A stretch of 61,613 nt of DNA, filler included, from Deltaproteobacteria bacterium (lineage in GTDB: Bacteria; Myxococcota; JACRCW01): assembly GCA_016218805.1 (NCBI GenBank). It is 3 parts of 3 records of this genome, joined end to end, with 100 filler letters (N's around TTAATTAATTAA, not from the genome) between each part and the next. Parts side by side here need not be neighbours in the genome. Positions count along the whole stretch, not along the records: positions 1 to 21,180 come from JACRCW010000041.1; positions 21,281 to 47,278 come from JACRCW010000046.1; 1 more part is not named here. The stretch is one strand, 5' to 3'. The first letter of the stretch is position 1; every line of letters starts with the position of its first letter. The notes beneath the pieces were generated by a model. The model did not search any database and was not told the DNA's origin. It saw nothing but the letters and a program-made list of their open reading frames with translations. Below are positions 18,956 through 27,903 of this stretch, piece after piece. A program made the position numbers and the translations under genes.

Positions 18956-19483
18956 GTGGGGTCCCCGGTCACGGTGGCGGAAATCCAGGCGGCGGCTCAC
19001 GGTGCGGATTCGCGCACGGTGGTGCAGCTGCTGGGCCTGGGGGCGTGGACGCTGGTGGGCCACGTGTCTGAGTCCCCGGAGGGCTGGGCCTTCCGCACCG
19101 GCGAGTCCCGCCCCGCGCTCCCTCCCAGCCCCCACGGCGAGGGCCTGCTGCCAGGCATGACTGTCTGGCCGGTGACGCCGCGCCGGCCCCGGCCGGGGCG
19201 CGCCACGCAGGTGGTGCTGGTGGGCCGCTCCCGCAGCAATGACGTGGTCATTGACCACACCGGGGTGTCCAAGTTGCACGCGCGCATCCACCTGGCGGAC
19301 GGCACCTGCGCGGTGGAGGACGCGGGGAGCCGCAACGGCACGTCCGTCAACGGGCGCGCCGTCGTCGCGGAGACGCGCGTGCGGTTGCACAACGGGGACA
19401 TGATCGTGTTCGGTGGCGTGGCGTTGACGGTCTATTCCACGCCCAGCCTGCTGGGCATTGTGCGCAAGCTGGGTCCGGGCTGA
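18956..19483 (+). CDS. FHA domain protein
   Basis: VGRSRSNDVVI...VSKLHARI, EDAGSRNGTSVNG, LHNGD.I.FG; start uncertain. Confidence 0.85.
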   Translation: MGSPVTVAEIQAAAHGADSRTVVQLLGLGAWTLVGHVSESPEGWAFRTGESRPALPPSPHGEGLLPGMTVWPVTPRRPRPGRATQVVLVGRSRSNDVVIDHTGVSKLHARIHLADGTCAVEDAGSRNGTSVNGRAVVAETRVRLHNGDMIVFGGVALTVYSTPSLLGIVRKLGPG

Positions 19484-19496
19484 GTGCGGGGGGCGG

Positions 19497-20915
19497 ATGG
19501 CGCTGGAGACCTGGCTGGCCATGGCGGAGGGGGGCGCGGGCCCGGCGGCTGAACTGGGCTGGCTGGCGTCCCTGGTCCCCTCCCAGGTGGGCAGCGTGCT
19601 GGGGCGCGCCACGCTGGTGCAGCTGGCTGGCGGTGCGGCCCTGAAGCTGGAGGTGGACGGGAGCGCGGTGGAACCGTCCCACCGGCTGCGGATGGCGTTC
19701 TGGGCGGCCCAGGCGGGCCTGGCGTGGTGGGAGCTGGCGTTGGCGGACGCCGCCGGGCGGGAGGCCCTCCTGGCGCGGCTGGCGGCCCCGGTGGCCAACT
19801 GGACGGGCACGGCCAGTGACCTGATGTCCCAGGCGCGCGGGCTGATGCGGCAGTGCGGCGTGCCGGAGGACGTGGCGGAGGACGTGCTGGGGCGGGGCGC
19901 GCTGGTGCGCCTGGGACCGGATTGGCCACCCGCCCCGGTGGTCAGCCGCGCCGCGCCCAACGGGATCTTCCTGGAGTGCCGCCACGCGCCCGCCGTGGGG
20001 GATGAGCTGCTGCTGCGCTTCCCGCCGGGTTGCCCCGCGGCGCTGCAGCGGATGCCGGTGCGGGTGGTGTTTGTCCGGCGCGGCAAGGGCGGACCAGACC
20101 GCATCCCCGGTTTTGGCGTGGCGCCGCTGGGGCAGGACGCTGCCGTTGCTGAAGCGCTGGCCTGCTGGGGTGTCTCCGCCGCGGAGCCCAGCGGGCGCGC
20201 CCACCCGCGCTACGCCACCGTGGCACGCGTCCGCTACCAGAGCGAAGAGCAGTTCTCCGACGACTACATCTCCAACCTGTCGTTCGGTGGCGCGTTTGTG
20301 GAGAGCAAGGACCCGCTGCCGGTGGACACGGAGCTGCCGGTGGTCCTGCAGCTGCCCTCCGGCGCGGAACTGTCCGTCCGCAGCCACGTGGTGTTCCAAC
20401 GCGCCAACGGGATGGGCGTGCAGTTCAAGCTGGATCAGGAGACGGAGCGCGTGCTGGCCCAGGAGCTGGCGCGCATCTCGTGCCGCCCCCGGCGCGTGCT
20501 GGTGGTGGATGACAACGCGCCGTGGCGGGCCATCCTGGGCAAGCAGCTGCGCCGCGAGGGCGTGGAGGTGGTGGAGGCCGGGGATGGCCAGCAGGCCCTG
20601 CAGGCGCTGGCCGAGGAGCTCATGCACATTGACCTGGTGATCACGGACCTGAATATGCCGGTGATGAGCGGCCGGGAGCTGGTGGAGCGCATCCGCCACG
20701 CCGGCGGTGAGACGGAGCTGCCCATCGTGGTCATCTCGTCCACCACGGATACCGACTCGCGCGATGCGCTCATGCGGGCGGGCGCGGACCTGGTCATGGA
20801 CAAGCTGGTCCCGCTGGATGAGCTGGTGAAGCGCAGCCTGGAGGCCGCCACCGCCAAGCGGCAGCGCCTGGCGCTGGGCGGCGGCACCGGCCTGAGCGCC
20901 CCCGCGGCGTGGTGA
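19497..20915 (+). CDS. PilZ-domain (myxobacterial TIGR02266-like) response regulator
   Basis: RAHPR..NLSFGGAFV..GMGVQF PilZ domain, then receiver VLVVDD, DLVITDLNMPVMSG.EL, GAD....K. Confidence 0.88.
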   Translation: MALETWLAMAEGGAGPAAELGWLASLVPSQVGSVLGRATLVQLAGGAALKLEVDGSAVEPSHRLRMAFWAAQAGLAWWELALADAAGREALLARLAAPVANWTGTASDLMSQARGLMRQCGVPEDVAEDVLGRGALVRLGPDWPPAPVVSRAAPNGIFLECRHAPAVGDELLLRFPPGCPAALQRMPVRVVFVRRGKGGPDRIPGFGVAPLGQDAAVAEALACWGVSAAEPSGRAHPRYATVARVRYQSEEQFSDDYISNLSFGGAFVESKDPLPVDTELPVVLQLPSGAELSVRSHVVFQRANGMGVQFKLDQETERVLAQELARISCRPRRVLVVDDNAPWRAILGKQLRREGVEVVEAGDGQQALQALAEELMHIDLVITDLNMPVMSGRELVERIRHAGGETELPIVVISSTTDTDSRDALMRAGADLVMDKLVPLDELVKRSLEAATAKRQRLALGGGTGLSAPAAW

Positions 20916-20968
20916 GGCGCGGTGCTTTACGCAGTGGCGGGTGGGGGGTACACGGTCCGCGCGGCAAC

Positions 20969-21180
20969 GGAAGGCTGGGCGGCCGCTGGTGGCGTCCCCG
21001 CGATGCGGGGCCTCCACGGGAGGAAAGTCCGGGCTCCATAGGGCAGGGTGCTGGCCAACGGCCAGTCAGGGTGACCTGAAGGAAAGTGCCACAGAGAACA
21101 GACCGCCGGTGCTTGCGCCGGCAAGGGTGAAACGGTGCGGCAAGAGCGCACCGCGCCTTCCGAGAGGCGGGCGGCACGGC
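20969..21180 (+). ncRNA. rnpB: RNase P RNA (class A), 5' part, truncated by contig end
   Basis: Conserved GAGGAAAGTCCGGGCTCC, GGAAAGTGCCACAGA(G)AACAGACCGCC and AGGGTGAAACGGTGCGG..AAGAGCGCACCG. Confidence 0.95.
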
Positions 21181-21280
21181 NNNNNNNNNNNNNNNNNNNN
21201 NNNNNNNNNNNNNNNNNNNNNNNNTTAATTAATTAANNNNNNNNNNNNNNNNNNNNNNNNNNNNNNNNNNNNNNNNNNNN
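21181..21280. other. artificial contig-join linker
   Basis: N run with a central TTAATTAATTAA (stops in all six frames). Confidence 0.98.
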
Positions 21281-21992
21281 CCTTGACCAGCCCAAAATCC
21301 AGGATTTTCACGAAATCCGGGTCTTCATTGTGGTCAATGAGCATGATGTTGGCGGGCTTGAGATCGCGGTGGATGGCGCCCTGCCGGTGGGCCTCGCGCG
21401 CGCCGCGCGCCGCCTGCGTGGCAATGTGGATCACGCGCGCCAGCGGGAAGGGCCCGTCAGCCGCCAGCGCACGCGACAGGGTGCGCCCGTGGAGGAACTC
21501 CATGGCGATGAAGAACGTGTCCTCGTCCTTCCCGTAGTCAAACACGGTGATCACGTTGGGGTGCGTGATCTTGGACGCCACCGCCGCTTCCAGGAAGAAC
21601 CGCTGTTCGTACTCGGTGTCCGGCGCCGCGGCGAAGTGCGGAACCATCACTTTGAGGGCGACGGGACGGCCCAGCGGCAGCTGTTCAGCCTTGTAAACCT
21701 GTCCCATGCCGCCGCGCCCCAGCGGTGCCTGGACGCGGAAGCGGCCCGCCAGCGTGCGGCCCACCATCGGGTCGGGCGGCGGGGCCTCGGTGGCCACGGG
21801 CGGGGAGCCGGCCACGGGGATCTCGCCGGTGCGCGGCACAGAGACGTCCACCGACCGCACGGTGAACCCGCCCGACGACGAATCCTCGCCGGGGGCCGGC
21901 GAGGTGCCGGCCTTGTCCCCGGTGGGCGGGTCCCCGCTGCGTGCCTGCACGCGCTCGGGGTCGTCCCCGGTGGGATCCCGGTGAACCGGCAC
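21281..21992 (-). CDS. Ser/Thr protein kinase (Hanks type), 3' end lost at contig edge
   Basis: LGRGGMGQVY, VALK, RFFLEA, HPNVI, IHRDLKPANIML, VKILDFGLVK; start uncertain. Confidence 0.93.
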
Positions 21993-22095
21993 AGAAACCT
22001 CCGCGCTGCCCCGTCAGCCCCCGACGGTGGCCCGCCACTCCGGGATGGTTGCCCGCGGCAGGCTCGCCGTCAACGCCCGAGCACGCGCCGCCGTT

Positions 22096-22287
22096 TCACG
22101 CGCCGCGCCCGCCGACCGCGCGGCCCCGAATGCGGCGCTTCGCCGCCAGGATCGCCGCATCGGAGATCTCGCCGTGTTCCGCCTTGTAGCTCGCCACGAA
22201 CGCGGTCAGCGCGCGGAGCCGGCGATCGTGCTCGAGTTTCAGGCGGAGGGCGTCCCGGGACGCGGTCAGGCGTCGCTTGGTCTTCAT
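22096..22287 (-). CDS. small antitoxin-like protein or remnant
   Basis: 63 aa MKTKRR..RRLRALTAFVASYKAEHGEISDAAILAAKRR resembles the C-terminal half of small type II antitoxins; no toxin adjacent. Confidence 0.45.
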   Translation of the reverse strand: MKTKRRLTASRDALRLKLEHDRRLRALTAFVASYKAEHGEISDAAILAAKRRIRGRAVGGRGA

Positions 22288-22362
22288 ACGGCGCCGCGCC
22301 ACCGGGACCCTCCGCGCCGCCGTTTGACACTGCGGCGGCACTGCCCTCTGGTGCGGACGGAC

Positions 22363-23142
22363 ATGTCGACGACACAACAGGCCGGCGTGGCGCCGGTGGT
22401 GCCCCGTTCTCCCGCCCCGGTGCTGGCCGCGTGGGTCGGCGTGCTGGCCGTTGGCTGGGTGATCACGCGTCTGCTGACGGGCGCGCTGGTGGCGCCGCTG
22501 GGTGACCCGGCCACGGAGATCACCGGCGCGCGCGCTTCCGCCCGTTTTGCCGTGGCATTCGCGGTGTTCTTTGCGCCGCTGCTCTACCTGCTGCCGTGCC
22601 TGCTTGCCCGCCGCTGGCTGAGGCCGGACGCGCGCACCGTCGCGTTGTACGCGGGGGTCACGTTCTTCTTCGGCGCGGGCAGCGAGCTGGTGATGGACCC
22701 CGCGTTCATCTCGGTGCTGGGCCGCCCCTGCTACCTGTACCGCGTGTGGCCGGTGCACGGCGGGTACACCTCCGGGGTGGGGCTGGTGCTGTGGCCGTTG
22801 TACGGGTTCTTTGTCTCCATGCTGCACCACGCCATCCACGTCACGCCGGCGCTGCGCCACCTGGACGGGCACGGCGCGCGTGCGGCGCTGCTGGCGGTGG
22901 ACGCCATGCTGCTGGAGGTGGCGGCCAACGTGTTTGCGCTGGCGCTGTTTGGCACCTGGCTGTTCCGCTACCACGCGCCGGACCTGCACCACTTCACCAC
23001 CGCGGAGGCCTTTCCCATCTACCTGGTGGGCGGGTACGCGGGGCTGCGGCTGTTGCACGCCTTGGAAACGCACCCACGGCGCGCCTGGGTGGGCGCGGCG
23101 TTCTACGTCGTCACGGCGGCCGCGGTGGCCGGGCCCGCCTGA
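22363..23142 (+). CDS. hypothetical polytopic membrane protein
   Basis: About 7 hydrophobic segments, coding-like codon bias, directly upstream of the NUDIX gene. Confidence 0.75.
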   Translation: MSTTQQAGVAPVVPRSPAPVLAAWVGVLAVGWVITRLLTGALVAPLGDPATEITGARASARFAVAFAVFFAPLLYLLPCLLARRWLRPDARTVALYAGVTFFFGAGSELVMDPAFISVLGRPCYLYRVWPVHGGYTSGVGLVLWPLYGFFVSMLHHAIHVTPALRHLDGHGARAALLAVDAMLLEVAANVFALALFGTWLFRYHAPDLHHFTTAEAFPIYLVGGYAGLRLLHALETHPRRAWVGAAFYVVTAAAVAGPA

Positions 23143-23153
23143 AGGGTGAATCC

Positions 23154-23642
23154 ATGGAAATGCCCCGTTATTGCCCGCGCTGTGCCACGCCGCTTGCCGT
23201 GCGCGCGGCGTCCGGCCGTGACCGCCCGTGCTGCCCGGCGGAAGGATGCGGCTACGTGCACTGGGGCAACCCGTTGCCCGTGGTGGCCGCGCTGGTGGAG
23301 CATGAAGGCGACGTGGTGCTGGTGCGCAACCATGACTGGCCGGAGAAGTGGTTTGGCCTGGTCACCGGTTTCCTGGAGGCGGGTGAAACGCCGGAGGAGG
23401 GCGTGCTGCGCGAGCTGCGCGAGGAACTGGGCCTGGAGGGGACCTTGCGCCGCTTCATCGGCGTGTACCCGTTCCTGGAACGCAATGAACTCATTCTCGC
23501 CTGGCACGTGGAGGCGCACGGCACGCTGCGCCTGGGCGAGGAATTGGCCGCATTCAAGCGCGTGCCCCCGGACAAGCTGCGGCCGTGGCCCATGGGGACG
23601 GGGCGCGCGGTGGCGGACTGGCTGGCGGTGCGCGCACGTTGA
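23154..23642 (+). CDS. NUDIX hydrolase with N-terminal zinc ribbon
   Basis: YCPRCA..C....CG..H..NP and Nudix box GFLEAGETPEEGVLRELREELG. Confidence 0.92.
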   Translation: MEMPRYCPRCATPLAVRAASGRDRPCCPAEGCGYVHWGNPLPVVAALVEHEGDVVLVRNHDWPEKWFGLVTGFLEAGETPEEGVLRELREELGLEGTLRRFIGVYPFLERNELILAWHVEAHGTLRLGEELAAFKRVPPDKLRPWPMGTGRAVADWLAVRAR

Positions 23643-23699
23643 GGCCTTGGCCATCGTCACGCACACGCGCCGTCTTCATGCTCGCGGTCCAGACCGCGG

Positions 23700-23970
23700 A
23701 TGCAATTCACGGATCACGCATTCCGTGCAGGTCCTCCGCGAAATGCAGTACTGAGCGAGCAAACCGCCGTAATATAACGCATTCTCGCGAGGCTCCGAGA
23801 ATCCCGCAATTGTGACGGCAAAGTTGACGTCAATAGGCTTGCAATCAACGAAGCCAATGCCAACGGCTCAACTTCATCAATGATTACGCCCGTTTCAGAT
23901 TGAGGAAAATTGCCACGCATGCGAGAGCCCCTTCCGCGCCCGACGGCACCCCGTCGAGGTGCCGGAGGAA
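23700..23970 (+). promoter_or_regulatory. AT-enriched promoter/operator region of the cytochrome locus
   Basis: Visibly lower GC than the flanks; palindrome TTGACGTCAA (23824-23833); GATTACGC-like motifs; GGAGG RBS at 23964-23968. Confidence 0.6.
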
Positions 23971-23975
23971 TGGCA

Positions 23976-26900
23976 ATGGGCAATCGCGTCACGTCCCGCG
24001 TCTTGTGTGGCTGGCTCACCCTCTTGTGCCTGGTCGCGGCGGTGCCCGCGGTCGTGTTGGCGGACGCGCCCGCGGCAGTGCCCGCGGTGCTGTCGTCTAC
24101 CGTCTCCGCGGACCGCATTGCCGTGGACCGCAACGGCGACATCTATGTTGCGGACGCGCGTGCGCTGGCGGTGCGCGTGCTCAGCCGGTCCGGTGCGCCG
24201 TTGCGCACCGTGGAGATCAAGGGTGCGCCCACGGCGGTGGCCGTGACCGCGTCCGGCCGCCTGGTGGTGGCAGACCGTGAGCAGGGCCGCGTGGACGTGA
24301 TGGACGGTTACGGCGGGCTCATCACCACGCTGGGCCGCGGCACGGGGGAGTTCCAACTCCCGCTGGGCGTGGCGGAATCCGCGGTGGACGGACGCATCTA
24401 CGTGGCGGACGCCCGGGCGGAGACCATCCGCGTGTACGGCGCCGACGGCGTGCATCACTTCAACATCGCCGTGACGGGGACGCTGGTGACGGACCTGGCC
24501 ATCTCGGCCGGCCACGTCTACGCCTCTGACACAAAGAACTCGCAGGTGCTGGTGTATTCCACCGCCGGCGTGTTCGAGCGGCGCATCGGCAGCTTTGGCG
24601 TCGGGATGGGAGAACTGACGCGGCCCGCCGGTCTGGACATCGGCCCGGATGGCAACCTGTACGTGGTGGATGCCTACCAGTCACGCATTGCGGTGTTTGG
24701 CGCGGATGGGACGTTCCTGCGGTTCCTGGGCCGCTTTGGCACCGGCAAGGGCGAACTGGCCCAACCGTTGGACGTGGCCGCGGACCCCGCGGGCAGCATC
24801 ATCATTGCGGACAGCGGCAACGTGCGCCTGCAGGCGTGGATGCTGCTGACGCCGCCCAACCCCGCGGACGCGGTGCGCGTGTTCCCGGCCGAGCCCCCCG
24901 TGGTGGAAGCGCCGCGCCAGGCTGACACGCGCGCGGCGCCTGCCACGGGCGGCCAGGCTCCGGCGCGCACGGACCAGAACTGCGCGCAGAGCGCACCGGT
25001 GGACCTGGCCGCGCTCGGCGTGCTGGTGGCGTTGTGGGGCCTCGCGCGTCGTCGTCGCGCCGCGGGGTTGATTGCGCTGGGGCTGGTGCTGCTGCCGCGC
25101 GCCAGCCTGGCCCTGGATGCGCCGCATGACACCTCGCGCCTGCCCACGGCGTGCGCGCAGTGCCACACGCCGCACAACGCGCCCGGGGCGGCCATCACCA
25201 CCACCGCCGGTAACTCCAACCTCTGCCTCACCTGCCACGCCACCATGGCACTCACCACGCCCAGCTGGGCGGGCACGGACCAGGCCATCCCGGGAACCAG
25301 CGGCAGTTCGCACCGGTGGGACGCGCTGATGGTGAACGCCACGTACAACGCGGCGGCCCCCACGGACGCGGAGATGTTGCTGCGCACGGAGGGCACCGGT
25401 GCCACCGCGCGCCTGATGTGCAGCACCTGCCACAACCAGCACAGCCAGCAATTGACGCCTTTTGATCCCGCGTCCTCCGCCACGGCCGGCGCCAACAACC
25501 GCCACTACATGCGCGCGGCCAACAACACCGCGCAGATGTGCCTGCAGTGCCACGGCGCGTGGAACCAGGCGCCGCAGCGCGGTGCGTGGGCGGCGGCCAG
25601 CAACTACGTGCACCCCGTCAACACGGTGCATCCCGTCGCGGACCCGCTCATGTACCCGGTCCCGCGGGACACCACCAACAACCCGCAGAGCGCCATCCTG
25701 CGCGGCGCCGCCACCACCACCGCCGCCGGCACCGGCACCATGACGGACTCCACCGCCGCGTTCCCGGCCAACCTGGGCACCGTGCCCGCGGGCGGTCACA
25801 AGATCCGCTTCACCACCGGCTCCAACAAGGGCCGCGTCTGCACCATCACCACCAACGCGGCCACCAGCGCCAACTGGGTGGCGGCTGCCTGCACGGTCAA
25901 TGGTGCTGCATCCGCGCAGACCGTCGCCATCGCGCTCGGTGATCGCTACGAAATCGACCAGGACGGCAACTTCACCAACAACCTGGCCCTGGACAACGCG
26001 GGCAACCGGTCCTTCACGGCCGGCAACGTGGTGTGCACCACCTGCCACGGTCTGCACTACGCGGACTCCAACTCCGCCACGTATGATGACAAGCCGCAGG
26101 CTGGTGACGGCAAGCTGCTGCGCCGCACCAACAGCGACCTGGCGTGCAACGGCTGCCACCGGGAGTTGACGCACAGCAGCGCCACCACGTCCACCACCTA
26201 CGGTGTGTGGGGCGCCACGTTCACCTGCACCACCTGCCACCAGGCGCACCGCACGGGGAACATCTGGCTGGTCAAGGGCACCATTGCTACGCCCAACAGC
26301 GGCAACAAGGCGGTGGACTTCCGCAACATGACGGGCAAGGCGGACTTCTCGTACGCCACCTCCACCACGCCCGGCAACGGCGTGTGCGAGGTCTGCCACA
26401 CCCTGACGCGCAACACCGACGGCAGCGCGCGCTTCCGCAACACCGGCGGCTCCGACGGCGGCCAACACTTCAGCGGCAAGTGCACCACCTGCCACCAGCA
26501 CACCAACGGGTTTGCCTCCAGCTGTACGTCCTGCCACGGCAACCCGCCGGCCAACGGCACGCACGCCACGCACGTGGGCGTGCTCACCAGCGGCACCTAC
26601 GGCGGCCTGCAGCTGGCTTCTGACGTGGGCCCCAACCCCACCGGCTACGGTTTTGGCTGCGGCTACTGCCACCCGCTCAACATTGCCAAGCACATGAATG
26701 GCACCAACGGCGGCAAGGCGGAGGTGGAGCTGTATGACGCCACCGCGCCGGCCGGGAACCTCAAGCTCCGCTCCACGACGGCGTCGTACACGTACGGCGG
26801 CACCACGTTCAATGAGGTGGGCTTCACCACGCCGGTGCCGTACACGCTGGGCACGTGCAGCAACGTGGCCTGCCACAGCGGGCCCAAGTTCGACACCACC

Positions 26901-27587
26901 GGCAATGCGCCCTACACCACCGTCCCGCAGCCCGCGCTCACCGGCAACGGCACCACCACCTTCACGTGGAACCCGGCGGTCTGGCCCATTGTGTACCCGG
27001 CGGGCAGCTACACGGTGGCTGAGACGCGCACGTACTCCAGCGTGACGTGGGGCGCCGCCGCGCTGACCTGCGGCAGCTGCCACGGCAACCCCATCCGCAG
27101 CACGTCACGCTCCGCCGTGCCGGCGGGCACCAATGACGGCGCCGGGGACACGCACAGCTGGATTGACCAGTACGGCTATGAGAACGACCACGCGTGGAAC
27201 ATGGGCTTCACCGCGCTGCAGTGCCGCACCTGCCACTACGCCACCGTGCAGGGCTCGGCCACCGTCACGCGCAACGCACTGGGCGTGTCCACCTACGGTG
27301 ACATCACGCCCAAGAACAACACCACGTTCAACTTTGCCAAGCACGTCAACGGCGTGAAGGACGTGGCGTTTGACACCGTCAATACCTACCCGTACGCGGG
27401 TGCCACCTTCAGCCTGACGCCCAACCTCACCACGGCAACCTGGACCGCGGCCTCCAAGACCTGCAGCAACGTGGAGTGCCACAACCACCCGGCCACGGAA
27501 CCCAAGCTGTACGAATCCTCCGTCGTGTGGGGCACGCCGTACCGCTGGGAAAACGCGTTCGAGTGCAACGTCTGCCACCGCAAGTGA
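23976..27587 (+). CDS. NHL-repeat/multiheme c-type cytochrome fusion (14 CxxCH + 2 CxxxxCH) with an internal MYXO-CTERM-like segment and second signal peptide
   Basis: Signal peptide (..VPAVVLA), NHL repeats (GELTRPAGLDIGPDGNLYVVD), NCAQS..hydrophobic..RRRR..hydrophobic..ASLA, then 16 heme motifs counted by eye, including CSNVACH and CSNVECH. Confidence 0.93.
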   Translation: MGNRVTSRVLCGWLTLLCLVAAVPAVVLADAPAAVPAVLSSTVSADRIAVDRNGDIYVADARALAVRVLSRSGAPLRTVEIKGAPTAVAVTASGRLVVADREQGRVDVMDGYGGLITTLGRGTGEFQLPLGVAESAVDGRIYVADARAETIRVYGADGVHHFNIAVTGTLVTDLAISAGHVYASDTKNSQVLVYSTAGVFERRIGSFGVGMGELTRPAGLDIGPDGNLYVVDAYQSRIAVFGADGTFLRFLGRFGTGKGELAQPLDVAADPAGSIIIADSGNVRLQAWMLLTPPNPADAVRVFPAEPPVVEAPRQADTRAAPATGGQAPARTDQNCAQSAPVDLAALGVLVALWGLARRRRAAGLIALGLVLLPRASLALDAPHDTSRLPTACAQCHTPHNAPGAAITTTAGNSNLCLTCHATMALTTPSWAGTDQAIPGTSGSSHRWDALMVNATYNAAAPTDAEMLLRTEGTGATARLMCSTCHNQHSQQLTPFDPASSATAGANNRHYMRAANNTAQMCLQCHGAWNQAPQRGAWAAASNYVHPVNTVHPVADPLMYPVPRDTTNNPQSAILRGAATTTAAGTGTMTDSTAAFPANLGTVPAGGHKIRFTTGSNKGRVCTITTNAATSANWVAAACTVNGAASAQTVAIALGDRYEIDQDGNFTNNLALDNAGNRSFTAGNVVCTTCHGLHYADSNSATYDDKPQAGDGKLLRRTNSDLACNGCHRELTHSSATTSTTYGVWGATFTCTTCHQAHRTGNIWLVKGTIATPNSGNKAVDFRNMTGKADFSYATSTTPGNGVCEVCHTLTRNTDGSARFRNTGGSDGGQHFSGKCTTCHQHTNGFASSCTSCHGNPPANGTHATHVGVLTSGTYGGLQLASDVGPNPTGYGFGCGYCHPLNIAKHMNGTNGGKAEVELYDATAPAGNLKLRSTTASYTYGGTTFNEVGFTTPVPYTLGTCSNVACHSGPKFDTTGNAPYTTVPQPALTGNGTTTFTWNPAVWPIVYPAGSYTVAETRTYSSVTWGAAALTCGSCHGNPIRSTSRSAVPAGTNDGAGDTHSWIDQYGYENDHAWNMGFTALQCRTCHYATVQGSATVTRNALGVSTYGDITPKNNTTFNFAKHVNGVKDVAFDTVNTYPYAGATFSLTPNLTTATWTAASKTCSNVECHNHPATEPKLYESSVVWGTPYRWENAFECNVCHRK

Positions 27588-27596
27588 AACACCGGG

Positions 27597-27631
27597 CCGG
27601 GCGGCGCGCCCCCTCCTTGCGCGCCGCCCGG
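27597..27631 (+). terminator. 13-bp GC-rich hairpin after the first cytochrome gene
   Basis: CCGGGCGGCGCGC/GCGCGCCGCCCGG; no U-tract, so it may be a stabilising stem instead. Confidence 0.45.
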
Positions 27632-27903
27632 GCCTCCCTGCCCAAGGAACACGTCACGGTCCGGCACTCCTCCCCAGGCGTGCCGCGCCGCGCTGTGCGG
27701 TACGCACCACACCGCACATGACCTCGCGCAAGGGGTTCGCGGTTTCCAGTGTGTGGGCGCATCAATCGCGGTTTAGCCTTCTTTCTCTCGTCGACAACCG
27801 GGATGCGTCGCGGGCGATCTCCGCTTTCCAAATCGCGTGATTTACGCCTATTCTGTCCGCAACTGACACGGCGCCCGCGTCGCCGCAATCCCCGGGGTGA
27901 GCG

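Noticed and set aside
21181..21280. TTAATTAATTAA palindrome within N runs (also 47279-47378)
   Set aside because: Artificial six-frame-stop contig linker; ORFs ending in XXX..LIN and adjacency across it have no biological meaning.
23755..23835. Possible c-di-GMP/cGAMP (GEMM-I) riboswitch upstream of the cytochrome genes
   Set aside because: GCAAACC and GGCAAAG fragments are present, but I could not build the P2/P3 stems or the tetraloop-receptor; an Infernal search with RF01051 would settle it.
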